64,000 nucleotides of DNA from NCBI GenBank assembly GCA_003213715.1, contig QCMN01000004.1, forward strand, positions 2,161-66,160, given 5' to 3'. The position numbers were made by a program, and so were the translations under genes. Positions 1 to 8,999 of the stretch are shown one piece after another. The stretch is from Pelagibacteraceae bacterium AG-422-B15. Lineage in GTDB: Bacteria > Pseudomonadota > Alphaproteobacteria > Pelagibacterales > AG-422-B15. The notes beneath the pieces are model-generated. The model worked only from the letters and a program-made list of their open reading frames with translations. It searched no databases and was not told where the DNA came from. Positions within the stretch are counted from its first letter, which is position 1. The number at the start of each line of letters is the position of its first letter.

Positions 1-73
1 TCTTATTATTGGCTTTGCTCACATTATTACCAAATTGTACTTTTTTTCCTGATAAATCACATGCTTTTGTCAT
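1..73 (-). CDS. rpmB: 50S ribosomal protein L28, 5' part only (gene runs off the left edge)
   Basis: Absent from the ORF track because it is partial. The reverse complement of 2..73 reads MTKACDLSGKKVQFGNNVSKANNK, the conserved L28 N-terminus (C-x-L-[ST]-GKK...GNNVS-x-ANNK). ATG at 73..71. Confidence 0.75.
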   Translation of the reverse strand, partial: MTKACDLSGKKVQFGNNVSKANNK

Positions 74-115
74 AGTAAGTTTAAGTAAAGTTTTTGGTAA
101 TTATTGTCAATATGA

Positions 116-1078
116 TTATTGCTTGAGGGTATCTTTTGTGATTGTTTCAACTGCTTCGTACATAGACATTTCATTTTTCATTACTTTTTCAGAGTATTTT
201 GAAATATTTCCCTTACTTGTCAGTCGGTTTGTTATGTCTGATGCAATTATATTTTTTACCTCTTCTTCGATCCAGTATTCAAGCTGATCAGCACGTCTCT
301 CATCAAATATCCCTTTTAGCTTATTTTGATCGATTATCTGATTAATTGTTTTAATAACATCCTCCATTCCAGTTTGCTCAATCGCAGATACTAATAACAC
401 CTGCTTTTCAAGCTCATCTAATTTCTTATAGTAACTCAGGGCTGATTTATAGTCAGCGGCAGTTTTTGAAGCTTCCATTTTCAACTCACCGTCATTTTTA
501 TTGACTATAAATATATCTGCATATTCCGTAATACCTTTTTTTATTCCTTGCAGTTCATCACCAGAACCAGGGCCAACAATAAGAGTAAATATATCAACTA
601 AATTACTTGCAACAATTTCTGATTGTCCCACGCCAACTGTTTCAATAAATATAAAGTCATAGCCTGCAGCATCTAATATTATGGATGCTTCTCGAGTTCC
701 CATTGAGATACCTCCTAAAGTGCCTCTTGACGGTGTAGACCTTATAAAAGTATTTGGATTTTTTGATATCTCTACCATTCGAGTTTTATCTCCTAATATT
801 GACCCACCAGTAATTTGTGAGGATGGATCAATAGCTAAAATACCTAACTTATAATTTTGACTGACTAAATAACTTCCAAAGGACTCAATGAATGTTGACT
901 TCCCAACTCCTGGCGGGCCAGAGAAACCTACTCTTATTGATTTGCCAGGCTTCTTAATTAACTCTGATATTAGCTGCCTACTAATTTGTTGATCAGTGTC
1001 TTTTGAGGACTCAACTAATGTAATAGCTTTAGCAATGGCAGCTCTTTCACCCTTAAAAATCTTATCTACTAATTCCAT
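116..1078 (-). CDS. meaB: Methylmalonyl-CoA mutase-associated GTPase MeaB/ArgK (G-protein chaperone)
   Basis: 320 aa. P-loop GPPGVGKST, G4 motif NKND and ArgK/MeaB layout. Lies 3 nt downstream of the mutase gene, the canonical pairing. Confidence 0.9.
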   Translation of the reverse strand: MELVDKIFKGERAAIAKAITLVESSKDTDQQISRQLISELIKKPGKSIRVGFSGPPGVGKSTFIESFGSYLVSQNYKLGILAIDPSSQITGGSILGDKTRMVEISKNPNTFIRSTPSRGTLGGISMGTREASIILDAAGYDFIFIETVGVGQSEIVASNLVDIFTLIVGPGSGDELQGIKKGITEYADIFIVNKNDGELKMEASKTAADYKSALSYYKKLDELEKQVLLVSAIEQTGMEDVIKTINQIIDQNKLKGIFDERRADQLEYWIEEEVKNIIASDITNRLTSKGNISKYSEKVMKNEMSMYEAVETITKDTLKQ

Positions 1079-1081
1079 TAA

Positions 1082-3235
1082 CTATTCTTTACTTAAGTTA
1101 TCTGAAATCAAATCGATAACTTTTTCGGCAGACTCTATGATGTTGGAACCTGGACCAAAAATGGCTGATACATTATTTTCATACAGAAATTCGTAATCTT
1201 GTTCTGGAATTATGCCCCCCACAAAAACAATTATCTTTGACTTAGGATCAATCTCTTTTAGGCCTTTCATTAATTCAGGTACAAGTGTTTTATGTCCTGC
1301 CGCTAAAGTTGAAACTCCAATCGCGTGAACATCATTTTCAATAGCATCCTTTGCAACATCTTTAGGCGATTGAAATAGTGGGCCCATATCAACATCAAAA
1401 CCCATGTCAGCAAATGATGTTGCAACAATCTTTGCCCCCCTATCGTGGCCATCCTGACCCATTTTAACTACTAGAACTCTTGGTCTTCTACCATTTACAT
1501 TTTCAAATTCCTTAATTTTACTCTCAACTTTCATAAATTCTTTATCACCTTCAAAATGTTTACCATATACTCCTGAAACGCTTAAGCTTTTCGCAAAATG
1601 TCTACCATATACTTGCTCTAATGCCTTTGAAACTTCTCCAACCGTTGCTCTTAATTTAATGGCTTCTATGCAAGGCACTAGAAGATTTGTCTCATCTTTT
1701 GCAGCATTTGTTAAATTAGCAAGTGCTTTTTTGACAGCTGTTGTATCACGTGACTCTTTTATTGCCTGTATTTTCTTTATTTGATCATCTCGAACGCGAT
1801 TATTATCAATTACTCTCACATCAACTGATGGTTCTTTTGGGTTTTTATATTTATTTACACCAACCACAACCCTTGATCCGCTATCAACTTTAGCTTGCTT
1901 TTTAGTTGCAGACTCTTCAATTTTTAATTTAGGAATCCCTGCTTTAACAGCTTTGGTCATTCCACCTAATTCTTCAATTTCTGTAATAATATCCCAGGCT
2001 TTTTTTGATAGTTCTTCAGTTAAGTTTTCAACAAAATATGACCCTGCAAGAGGGTCGACTGTTTTTGTAACACCAGTTTCATTTTGAAGAATCAATTGAG
2101 TATTTCTAGCAATTCTTGCTGACTCGTCTGTTGGTAAAGCAATTGCTTCATCGAAGGAATTTGTGTGCAAACTTTGCGTTCCTCCAAGTATAGCAGATAA
2201 GGCCTCATAGGATGTTCTTATAATGTTATTATAAGGATCTTTCTCAGTTAAAGATACGCCAGATGTTTGACAGTGTGTTCTTAAAATAAGAGATCTTTCA
2301 TTTTTGGCCCCAAAGTCTTTCATGATCTTAGCCCACAGAGTTCTTGCGGCTCTTAATTTAGCAATCTCCATAAAAAAGTCCGTTCCGATTGCAAAAAAGA
2401 AAGAGAGCCTCGGTGCAAAATCATCAACATCAAGACCCTTGGACATTGCCGCTCTTACATATTCCATTCCGTCAGCTAAAGTATAAGCTAATTCAAGAAC
2501 ATTATCAGCACCGGCTTCTTGCATATGATAACCTGAAATCGAAATAGAATTAAACTTAGGCATTTCTTTTGAAGTGAATTCAATAATATCGGCAACAATT
2601 TTCATCGATGGCTCAGGAGGATATATATAAGTATTTCTTACCATAAACTCTTTTAAGATATCATTCTGAATTGTTCCTGATAGTAAACTTCTATCAACAC
2701 CCTGTTCTTCTCCTGCAACAATAAATGACGCGAGTACTGGCAACACTGCGCCATTCATAGTCATTGAGACTGACATTTGATCTAGAGGAATATTATTAAA
2801 AAGTATTTTCATATCCTCAACAGTATCTATAGCTACACCAGCTTTACCCACATCACCCATTACCAAATCATCATCTGAGTCATACCCCCTGTGTGTTGGC
2901 AAATCAAAAGCAACTGAAAGACCTTTTTGACCAGATTCTAAATTCTTTTTATAAAATTCATTGGATTCCTCGGCAGTTGAAAATCCAGCATACTGCCTTA
3001 TCGTCCAAGGTCTATTTGTGTACATTGATGCCTTTGGACCTCTTGTATATGGCCATTGTCCAGGAAGAGATTGTTTTTTAACAAATGAAAAGTTCTCCAG
3101 GTCCTCTTTAGTATATACTGGCTTAATATTTATTCCTTCATCAGTCTCTGATATTGCATCACTAAAATTTTTCTTAGTTTCTTTTTCGAAACTTTTTTGC
3201 CAAGTATTAAAGCCATTATTTGATTTATTAGTCAT
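1082..3235 (-). CDS. scpA: Methylmalonyl-CoA mutase, single-chain (adenosylcobalamin-dependent)
   Basis: 717 aa. N-terminal substrate barrel ([28 protein letters not shown]) and C-terminal B12-binding domain with DxHxxG ([12 protein letters not shown]). Confidence 0.93.
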   Translation of the reverse strand: MTNKSNNGFNTWQKSFEKETKKNFSDAISETDEGINIKPVYTKEDLENFSFVKKQSLPGQWPYTRGPKASMYTNRPWTIRQYAGFSTAEESNEFYKKNLESGQKGLSVAFDLPTHRGYDSDDDLVMGDVGKAGVAIDTVEDMKILFNNIPLDQMSVSMTMNGAVLPVLASFIVAGEEQGVDRSLLSGTIQNDILKEFMVRNTYIYPPEPSMKIVADIIEFTSKEMPKFNSISISGYHMQEAGADNVLELAYTLADGMEYVRAAMSKGLDVDDFAPRLSFFFAIGTDFFMEIAKLRAARTLWAKIMKDFGAKNERSLILRTHCQTSGVSLTEKDPYNNIIRTSYEALSAILGGTQSLHTNSFDEAIALPTDESARIARNTQLILQNETGVTKTVDPLAGSYFVENLTEELSKKAWDIITEIEELGGMTKAVKAGIPKLKIEESATKKQAKVDSGSRVVVGVNKYKNPKEPSVDVRVIDNNRVRDDQIKKIQAIKESRDTTAVKKALANLTNAAKDETNLLVPCIEAIKLRATVGEVSKALEQVYGRHFAKSLSVSGVYGKHFEGDKEFMKVESKIKEFENVNGRRPRVLVVKMGQDGHDRGAKIVATSFADMGFDVDMGPLFQSPKDVAKDAIENDVHAIGVSTLAAGHKTLVPELMKGLKEIDPKSKIIVFVGGIIPEQDYEFLYENNVSAIFGPGSNIIESAEKVIDLISDNLSKE

Positions 3236-3414
3236 TTTTATTGAAACTTTTAAATTTTGATTAAGTGATATATATAGTTAATTAGAAATAAAAAAAATTA
3301 GAATATTTAAAGAACATTCCAAGTTGGTGATTCGGACATATAATCTACACCTTTTGTTCTATAATGGTCACCACATATAGTACTCTTTAAATTCTAATAT
3401 ACAAATATGTTATT

Positions 3415-3852
3415 ATGTTAGATAAATTCAAAACGCTATTATCAGATAAAAATGATGCCAAAGAAGAGGAATTTGAGGCATCTCAATTAGCTGTTGCATC
3501 GTTGATGGTTACTACGGCTCTGCACGATGGTGAATTCGATGAGATTGAAAAAGATGAGATATTAAAATTGCTTGGTAATTTTTATAATTTAGATAACGAT
3601 AAGTTAAATAAACTTTTTGACGCTTCTTATGAACTTGTTGATAACGCGAATGATATTCACCAATTCACGTCAAAAATTAATAGCTTACTAAATGACGATG
3701 AAAAAATAATGATAATTGAAATGATATGGAAGATTGTAATTGCAGACGGCAGAATTGATGATTATGAAAATGCTTTAGTACGTAAAATATCTGGTCTTTT
3801 ATATATCGATGACTTTAAAGTTGGTGAAATAAAGAAAAAACTCTCACAATAG
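3415..3852 (+). CDS. TerB-family (tellurite-resistance-like) small acidic protein
   Basis: 145 aa. Two TerB-like acidic helical repeats (ALHDGEFDEIEKDEI and IADGRIDDYENALV). No other ter genes nearby. Confidence 0.6.
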   Translation: MLDKFKTLLSDKNDAKEEEFEASQLAVASLMVTTALHDGEFDEIEKDEILKLLGNFYNLDNDKLNKLFDASYELVDNANDIHQFTSKINSLLNDDEKIMIIEMIWKIVIADGRIDDYENALVRKISGLLYIDDFKVGEIKKKLSQ

Positions 3853-3858
3853 TTTAAA

Positions 3859-4191
3859 ATGACCTACCTAGTTAATGAAAAATGCATAAAATGCAAATAT
3901 ACCGATTGCGTGGAGGTATGTCCGGTTGATTGTTTCTACGAAGGTGAAAATATGTTAGTAATTAATCCTGATGAATGCATAGATTGTGGTGTGTGTGAAC
4001 CAGAGTGTCCTGTTGATGCAATCATCTCTGATACGGATGATAAAGATGAAAAATGGCTAGAAGTGAATCAAAAGTTTTCAGAAATATGGCCAAACATTAC
4101 TATGAAGAAAGATTCTCCAACTGATGCAAAAATGTATGAGAATGAAGAAAATAAATATGATAAATATTTCTCCGAAAAATCTGGGGGTTAG
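3859..4191 (+). CDS. fdxA: Ferredoxin, Azotobacter-type 7Fe ([3Fe-4S][4Fe-4S])
   Basis: 110 aa. Cys clusters [14 protein letters not shown] and [12 protein letters not shown]. Sits in the fdxA-carD synteny typical of Alphaproteobacteria. Confidence 0.9.
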   Translation: MTYLVNEKCIKCKYTDCVEVCPVDCFYEGENMLVINPDECIDCGVCEPECPVDAIISDTDDKDEKWLEVNQKFSEIWPNITMKKDSPTDAKMYENEENKYDKYFSEKSGG

Positions 4192-4199
4192 GTAATTCT

Positions 4200-5012
4200 A
4201 TGAAAAAAAAGAAAAAAGTCATTAAAGTCGACAAAAAGAAAATTCTAAAAAAGAAAACAGTAAAGAAAAAAACTAAAGTTGTAAAAAAGAAAACCTCAGT
4301 AAAGAAGACTCCAAAAAAGAAACAAGTAAAAAAAGTTGTTAAAAAAACAAAAGAAGTAAAGAAATTTGTAGAGCCTAAACTTCCTCCACAATCTGACAAA
4401 AAAGTTAATAATCGAATTATTAACCCTGCTCACTATCAAGCAAAAAAAGTTAAAAAGTTTTTAGAAATAAAGACCATTAAAGAAAAAAAAGTTAAAAAAA
4501 TTTTTAATACAAAGGATCATGTTGTTTATCCAACACACGGCGTAGGCCAAGTTATAGACATTGAAAAAAGAGAGGTCGTTGGACAAAAACTAGAAATGTA
4601 TGTGATAGAGTTTGTACGAGATAAATTAATTTTGAGAGTTCCGGTTGAAAAAGCTAAGTCTCTTAATTTAAGAAAAGTATCAAAACCATCTAAAATTCAG
4701 ACTGTATTAAAAATCCTTTCTCAAAAACCAAAAATAAAGAGAACAATGTGGAGTAGAAGGGCTCAGGAATATGACCTTAAAATTAACTCAGGTGACATTG
4801 AACAGATCGCTGAAGTTGTTAGAGATCTTAACAGAGCAAATAATCAAATAGAGCAATCTTATAGTGAGCGTCAACTTTTTGAATTATCTTATGATCGATT
4901 TTTGAGAGAAGTGATTGCTGGACTTAGAATTACCGAGGAAAATGCAATAAAAAAAGTCGATAAGATTCTTGGTAGAGATAAACTAAAAAACGCCCCTAGT
5001 TTGTTGAACTAA
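4200..5012 (+). CDS. CarD/CdnL-family RNA-polymerase-binding regulator with a ~100-aa lysine-rich N-terminal extension
   Basis: 270 aa. Residues ~103-270 form a CarD_CdnL_TRCF-type domain (HVVYPTHGVGQVIDIEKREVVGQKLEMYVIEF...). Residues 1-100 are K/V/T low complexity. The only canonical in-frame start is the ATG at 4200. Confidence 0.85.
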   Translation: MKKKKKVIKVDKKKILKKKTVKKKTKVVKKKTSVKKTPKKKQVKKVVKKTKEVKKFVEPKLPPQSDKKVNNRIINPAHYQAKKVKKFLEIKTIKEKKVKKIFNTKDHVVYPTHGVGQVIDIEKREVVGQKLEMYVIEFVRDKLILRVPVEKAKSLNLRKVSKPSKIQTVLKILSQKPKIKRTMWSRRAQEYDLKINSGDIEQIAEVVRDLNRANNQIEQSYSERQLFELSYDRFLREVIAGLRITEENAIKKVDKILGRDKLKNAPSLLN

Positions 5013-5027
5013 GGGCGCAAAAAAAAA

Positions 5028-5045
5028 GCATTGATTAATCAATGC
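5028..5045. terminator. Bidirectional intrinsic terminator between convergent carD and the H1-like gene
   Basis: Perfect palindrome GCATTGATT/AATCAATGC. It is preceded by an A9 run (5019..5027), which is a U-run for the minus-strand transcript. Sits in the 36-nt convergent gap. Confidence 0.6.
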
Positions 5046-5048
5046 TAA

Positions 5049-5306
5049 TTATCTTCTTTTTTTTCTTCTAGCAGCTTTCTTTTTCTTTTTAGGAGCGGCT
5101 TTTTTCTTAGCGGCTTTCCTTTTTTTCTTTTTAGGAGCAGCTTTTTTCTTAGCTGGCTTCCTTTTAGCTGCTTTACGCTTTTTCTTTTTAGGAGCTGCTT
5201 TTTTCTTAGCTGGCTTCCTTTTAGCAGCTTTACGTTTTTTCTTAGGTGCTGCTTTTTTCTTAGCTTTTTTCCTTGCTTTCGCAAAGATCACTTTAAGTTC
5301 CTCCAT
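5049..5306 (-). CDS. Histone H1-like / AlgP-like lysine-alanine-proline-rich nucleoid protein
   Basis: 85 aa: MEELKVIFAKARKK followed by (AAPKKKKRKAAKRKPAKKK) repeats. Strong SD (GGGGGGAGATAATT-ATG) upstream of the start. The ORF 5045..5284 is an alternative frame of the same repeat. Confidence 0.7.
   Translation of the reverse strand: MEELKVIFAKARKKAKKKAAPKKKRKAAKRKPAKKKAAPKKKKRKAAKRKPAKKKAAPKKKKRKAAKKKAAPKKKKKAARRKKRR
5091..5262. repeat. Intragenic tandem repeat (57-nt and 54-nt units plus partial units) encoding the KAAP repeats
   Basis: Unit 5123..5179 (57 nt) is nearly identical to 5180..5233 (54 nt). Partial copies flank them at 5091..5122 and 5234..5262. Confidence 0.8.
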
Positions 5307-5592
5307 AATTATCTCCCCCCGTTTGGGTTTAGTTAGAGGTTATTAGATGAATCAAAATTGATTCGTTCTAATACAATGATTAAACTTTTATGAAAAACTG
5401 TCAATTTTTCGCTGTTTTTTGAAATTTTTGAATTTGAAATTTTTTTTTCAATGTATTTTAAATTGTTAGTAAATGTATTTAAATACTTATAGTTATTAGA
5501 TTTTTTTATAGTAACAAAAATTTATTTTTTTTTATTTATTTTAATTAAAATAAAATAAAAATTATTTTTTTTTAGAAAAAATCTTTAATTAT

Positions 5593-5669
5593 GCGCTCGT
5601 AGCTCAGCAGGATAGAGCACAGGATTCCTAATCCTGGGGTCGGATGTTCGAATCATCTCGAGCGCGCCA
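5593..5669 (+). tRNA. tRNA-Arg (anticodon CCU)
   Basis: 77 nt: GCGCTCG acceptor, D-arm TAGCTCAGCAGGATAGAGC, anticodon stem-loop CAGGA-TTCCTAA-TCCTG, T-arm GGATGTTCGAATCATCT, encoded CCA. Confidence 0.93.
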
Positions 5670-5676
5670 ACACAAG

Positions 5677-6030
5677 TCAGTAAACGTTCGATCCATTATC
5701 TACTTTTTGTTGTGGATGCAGCAAGATCACCTCTTTATTTTCATTTATTGCGCCTAGAATTAATGCCTCTGACTCAATACCTGCGATATTTTTTTTCTCA
5801 AAATTACATACTGCGATAATTTGTTTTTGAAGAAGCTCTTCAATTGAATAATTTGTTATTTGAGCTGAACTTTGTTTAATACCAACTTTTTCACCAAAAT
5901 CTATTTTCAGCACATAAGCTGGTTTTCTCGCCTTTTCGTTTATTTTTACTTCTAAAATAGTACCTACCAAGATCTCAATTTTTTCAAAATCTTCATATTT
6001 TACAATGTCTTTCATGTTAAATAAAGCCAC
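5677..6030 (-). CDS. tRNA-binding domain protein (CsaA/EMAP-II/YgjH-like)
   Basis: 117 aa OB-fold tRNA-binding pattern (ILVGTILEV...KPAYVLKIDFG...QIIAVCNF..KNIAGIESEALIL). The track start is GTG at 6030. The ATG at 6015 (MKDIV...) is an equally plausible start. Confidence 0.75.
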   Translation of the reverse strand: MALFNMKDIVKYEDFEKIEILVGTILEVKINEKARKPAYVLKIDFGEKVGIKQSSAQITNYSIEELLQKQIIAVCNFEKKNIAGIESEALILGAINENKEVILLHPQQKVDNGSNVY

Positions 6031-6102
6031 ATTGGCAGTTTTTATCCCCTCAAAATTGAAGATTCAAATTGTCTTTTCATATTGAATTTGTATTTTGCCA
6101 TC

Positions 6103-6966
6103 ATGTCAAGTTTTGATGATACAAATGAAATGAAGTCTTTTGTTAAAAAAGCTATGTCTATTCCTTTGCTTGAAGAGAATCACGAAAAGGTTTTAGCAAA
6201 AAAATGGATCAAGAATAAAGATGAAAAGGCATTGCACGAACTAACTCAATCTCACATAAGATTGGTTATTGCTTTTGCTGTTAAGTATAAGAACTACGGT
6301 CTTAATTTAAGCGACCTTATTCAAGAAGGAAATATAGGTCTTATGAAAGCTGCAGAAAGATTTGAATTAGACAAAGAAGTTAGATTCTCAACTTATGCTG
6401 GATGGTGGATCAGGGCATCAATTCAAGACTTCGTTCTAAAAAATTGGTCATTAGTTAGAATCGCAACTACCTCAAAACAAAAAAGCTTATTTTTTAGTCT
6501 CAGAAAATTAAAACAGAAAATTCATCAAACGGAACATGGATCAATTGATTTTCGTACTGCGCAAGGCATTGCTAATGATTTAAATATTTCAACTTCTGAT
6601 GTTATAAAAATGGATAGCAGAATTAGTCAAAACGATAGTTCTCTTAATCATAAAATTAATGACGAAAGTGAAAGTGAGTTTATGGAACTCATTGAGGACG
6701 AAGATGCAAGACCTGATGATAAGGTATTTGAAAAGAATCAAATAAATTTCAAAAAAGACTTAATAAAACAAACTTTAGAGATACTTGATGAAAGGGAAGT
6801 AAAAATAATCAAGGATAGACACCTTTCAGAGGAAGTTAAAACATTAGATATACTTGGCAAGGAGTTAAAAATTTCTAAAGAACGTGTAAGACAGATAGAA
6901 AAAGGTGCTATGATGAAGATGAAATCCTATATATCAAATTCACAAAAGAAAGAGTTCCTTTTTTAA
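6103..6966 (+). CDS. rpoH: RNA polymerase sigma-32 (heat-shock sigma factor)
   Basis: RpoH box (KQKSLFFSLRKLK) and sigma70 regions 2 and 4 (LIQEGNIGLMKAAERF; ISKERVRQIE). I prefer the ATG at 6103 over the TTG at 6082 used by the ORF track. Confidence 0.9.
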   Translation: MSSFDDTNEMKSFVKKAMSIPLLEENHEKVLAKKWIKNKDEKALHELTQSHIRLVIAFAVKYKNYGLNLSDLIQEGNIGLMKAAERFELDKEVRFSTYAGWWIRASIQDFVLKNWSLVRIATTSKQKSLFFSLRKLKQKIHQTEHGSIDFRTAQGIANDLNISTSDVIKMDSRISQNDSSLNHKINDESESEFMELIEDEDARPDDKVFEKNQINFKKDLIKQTLEILDEREVKIIKDRHLSEEVKTLDILGKELKISKERVRQIEKGAMMKMKSYISNSQKKEFLF

Positions 6967-8072
6967 TTTATCATATTGGTAACGTATTCTCCAATAACAA
7001 GTGAAGAGGTCAACCCAGGCGATTCCATTCCAAATAAGTTAACAAGATTTTTAATACCATGTGTCTCTTCTCCTTGAATTGAAAAGTCACTTTTACCCTC
7101 GCCTTTATTCTTAAGTTTTGGTCTTACACCTGAATATCCGGCTTTAAGATCTTCAATTTTAATTGAGGGAATATATTTTATGACATCATTATGAAACAAA
7201 ACTTGTCTATCTTTTTTTACTTCATAATCAATTTCATCTACCCATTCAACATCAGGTCCAAATCTAACTTGCATTCCTAAATCTAATCCCAAATGTAAAC
7301 CAAGACTTGCATCATTTGGTATTGGGTAAATTAGATGTCGAATCTTTAGGTCTTTTCCTGTTTCGAAATAATTACCTTTGGCGAAATATGTTTTGGGAAT
7401 ATATTTTTTATCTAAGGGTAGAATATTATTTGCAATATTTTCAGCATTTAGACCAGCAGTATTTATTATAACTGACGATTCTATAATTATTTCTTCTCCA
7501 TCACTGAGCACAGTAGAGCAATATTTATCACCATGAATTTCAGAATGTAAGAATTGTGAATTAAAAACAATATTGCCGGAGCTTTCCTCCAGTTCACCAA
7601 GATAAGACCTCATGAGAGAGTTTTGATCAACAATGCCTGATGATGGCACAAATAATGCCTCAATACATTCCACTAAAGGCTCTTTGCTGGTAACGTAATT
7701 TCCTGTTACTCTTTCTATTCCTTCAACACCATTATATTCTGCTTTGGAAAAAATTTCCTCGAGTTTGGGAATTTCGTTGGGAGATGTTGCGACAATGAAC
7801 TTTCCTGTATTAATGTGAGGCACATTAAATTTTTGACAATACTCATACATTCTACGATTTCCATCGGCACAAAATTTAGCCTTCATTGAGTCCTTGTCAT
7901 AATAAACACCTGCATGAATTACTCCGCTATTTCTTGAACTAGTAACAGAACCAAATGTATTTTCTTTCTCCAATACAATGACTTCATGACCTTTAGCAGC
8001 AAAACTTTTAGCTATGGCTAACCCAATAACACCTCCACCAATTACCAGTACATCTACAAAATTAGAACTCAT
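6963..8072 (-). CDS. lhgO: FAD-dependent L-2-hydroxyglutarate oxidase/dehydrogenase family protein
   Basis: 369 aa. GxGxxG (VIGGGVIGLA). Blocks close to E. coli LhgO: SRNSGVIHAGVYY..S.KA.FC..GN, LFVPSSGIVD, HLIYPIP. Confidence 0.7.
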   Translation of the reverse strand: MSSNFVDVLVIGGGVIGLAIAKSFAAKGHEVIVLEKENTFGSVTSSRNSGVIHAGVYYDKDSMKAKFCADGNRRMYEYCQKFNVPHINTGKFIVATSPNEIPKLEEIFSKAEYNGVEGIERVTGNYVTSKEPLVECIEALFVPSSGIVDQNSLMRSYLGELEESSGNIVFNSQFLHSEIHGDKYCSTVLSDGEEIIIESSVIINTAGLNAENIANNILPLDKKYIPKTYFAKGNYFETGKDLKIRHLIYPIPNDASLGLHLGLDLGMQVRFGPDVEWVDEIDYEVKKDRQVLFHNDVIKYIPSIKIEDLKAGYSGVRPKLKNKGEGKSDFSIQGEETHGIKNLVNLFGMESPGLTSSLVIGEYVTNMIN

Positions 8073-8572
8073 TAGATATTTTTAACCATTAATGAAACTT
8101 TTTTTGTATTATTTTCAGTAAACTGAAAGCCAACATTCTTATAGTCTAAACTTTCATGAAAACTTTTAGAAATTGGGTTTGGAGGTTCTATATTAAATTC
8201 GCATGCAATCATATTATATTCATCTAGTGAACTTTCGAGATCTAGATACAGACTTTTTCCTATACCCATTCCTCTAAATTTACTTGATATAGCAATTCTA
8301 TCAATGTACGCAAAATCACTATATCTCTCCGTAAACCACTTATAATTTAAACTCTGATAATCAAGGCCAGATGGTAAAACAAGTAAAAACCCACAAATAT
8401 TATTATCATTATTGATAGCTACTTTAAAATAAGTTTTTTTTTCATAAAAATTTAAAAACTCTTCATATGATACGGAGTTCACAGCAGGTATAGCATCTTC
8501 ATTAATCAAAATGATATCTTGTATATCATCAATAGTGACATTTCTTAATTTAAACATCACAAGTAACTTCAT
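8072..8572 (-). CDS. GNAT-family N-acetyltransferase
   Basis: 166 aa. Acetyl-CoA-binding motif A (RGMGIGKSLY). Confidence 0.75.
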   Translation of the reverse strand: MKLLVMFKLRNVTIDDIQDIILINEDAIPAVNSVSYEEFLNFYEKKTYFKVAINNDNNICGFLLVLPSGLDYQSLNYKWFTERYSDFAYIDRIAISSKFRGMGIGKSLYLDLESSLDEYNMIACEFNIEPPNPISKSFHESLDYKNVGFQFTENNTKKVSLMVKNI

Positions 8573-8999
8573 AACTATTTTTATAAATTTCAGGCATTCT
8601 TATAGGTTTAAAATTAATAAGACTCACGCACGCATAGTCAACATTTGAAGTAAAGACAGTTTGATTTTTTGCAATATTTATTATTTGAAAAAATCTGCTC
8701 AATCTGATTTTTTTATCAGTCTTTGTAATCCATGTTGAAATCGCAATTTCATCGCCAATGAAAAGTGATCCAGAAAAATTATTTTCACTCCTAATAACAA
8801 CACATGCACATTGATATTTTTTATATACATCAGGAGTAATACCTAATTTAGCTGAATGATCCCAACTGACTAGTTCACACCAATTTAAATAAACTTTATT
8901 ATTAACATGCCCTAAAATATCAATATCACTCTCTTTTATGGTGAACTTTAAAATATGAGGGTTACTATAATCCCATTTTAAATCTTTTATGTTAACCAA
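8550..8999 (-). CDS. Acyl-CoA thioesterase, hotdog fold (4HBT/YbgC-like)
   Basis: 149 aa. Catalytic-region motif DIDILGHVNNKVYLNW. Confidence 0.75.
   Translation of the reverse strand: MVNIKDLKWDYSNPHILKFTIKESDIDILGHVNNKVYLNWCELVSWDHSAKLGITPDVYKKYQCACVVIRSENNFSGSLFIGDEIAISTWITKTDKKIRLSRFFQIINIAKNQTVFTSNVDYACVSLINFKPIRMPEIYKNSYEVTCDV

Noticed and set aside
9-287. 92-aa plus-strand ORF at the left edge
   Set aside because: It lies antisense to the rpmB 5' end and the meaB 3' end. It is a low-complexity hydrophobic translation with no SD. It is a shadow ORF.
3236-3414. Possible cobalamin riboswitch or ncRNA in the 179-bp spacer upstream of scpA and terB
   Set aside because: No B12-box-like GCCACUG core and no extended conserved helices are present. 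The spacer contains only two TATAAT boxes (3337..3342, 3361..3366) and short 5-bp complementarities. It is best explained as divergent promoters.
4100-4399. 99-aa Phe-rich ORF on the minus strand, and the 79-aa alternative frame at 5045..5284
   Set aside because: The poly-Phe product is just the antisense reading of the AAA/AAG-rich carD tail. 5045..5284 is a second frame of the KAAP repeat, and the 5049..5306 frame has the SD and ATG.
5593-6030. Functional link between tRNA-Arg and the convergent tRNA-binding (CsaA-like) gene 7 nt away
   Set aside because: The orientation is convergent, so they are not co-transcribed. The proximity is readily explained by general genome compaction.
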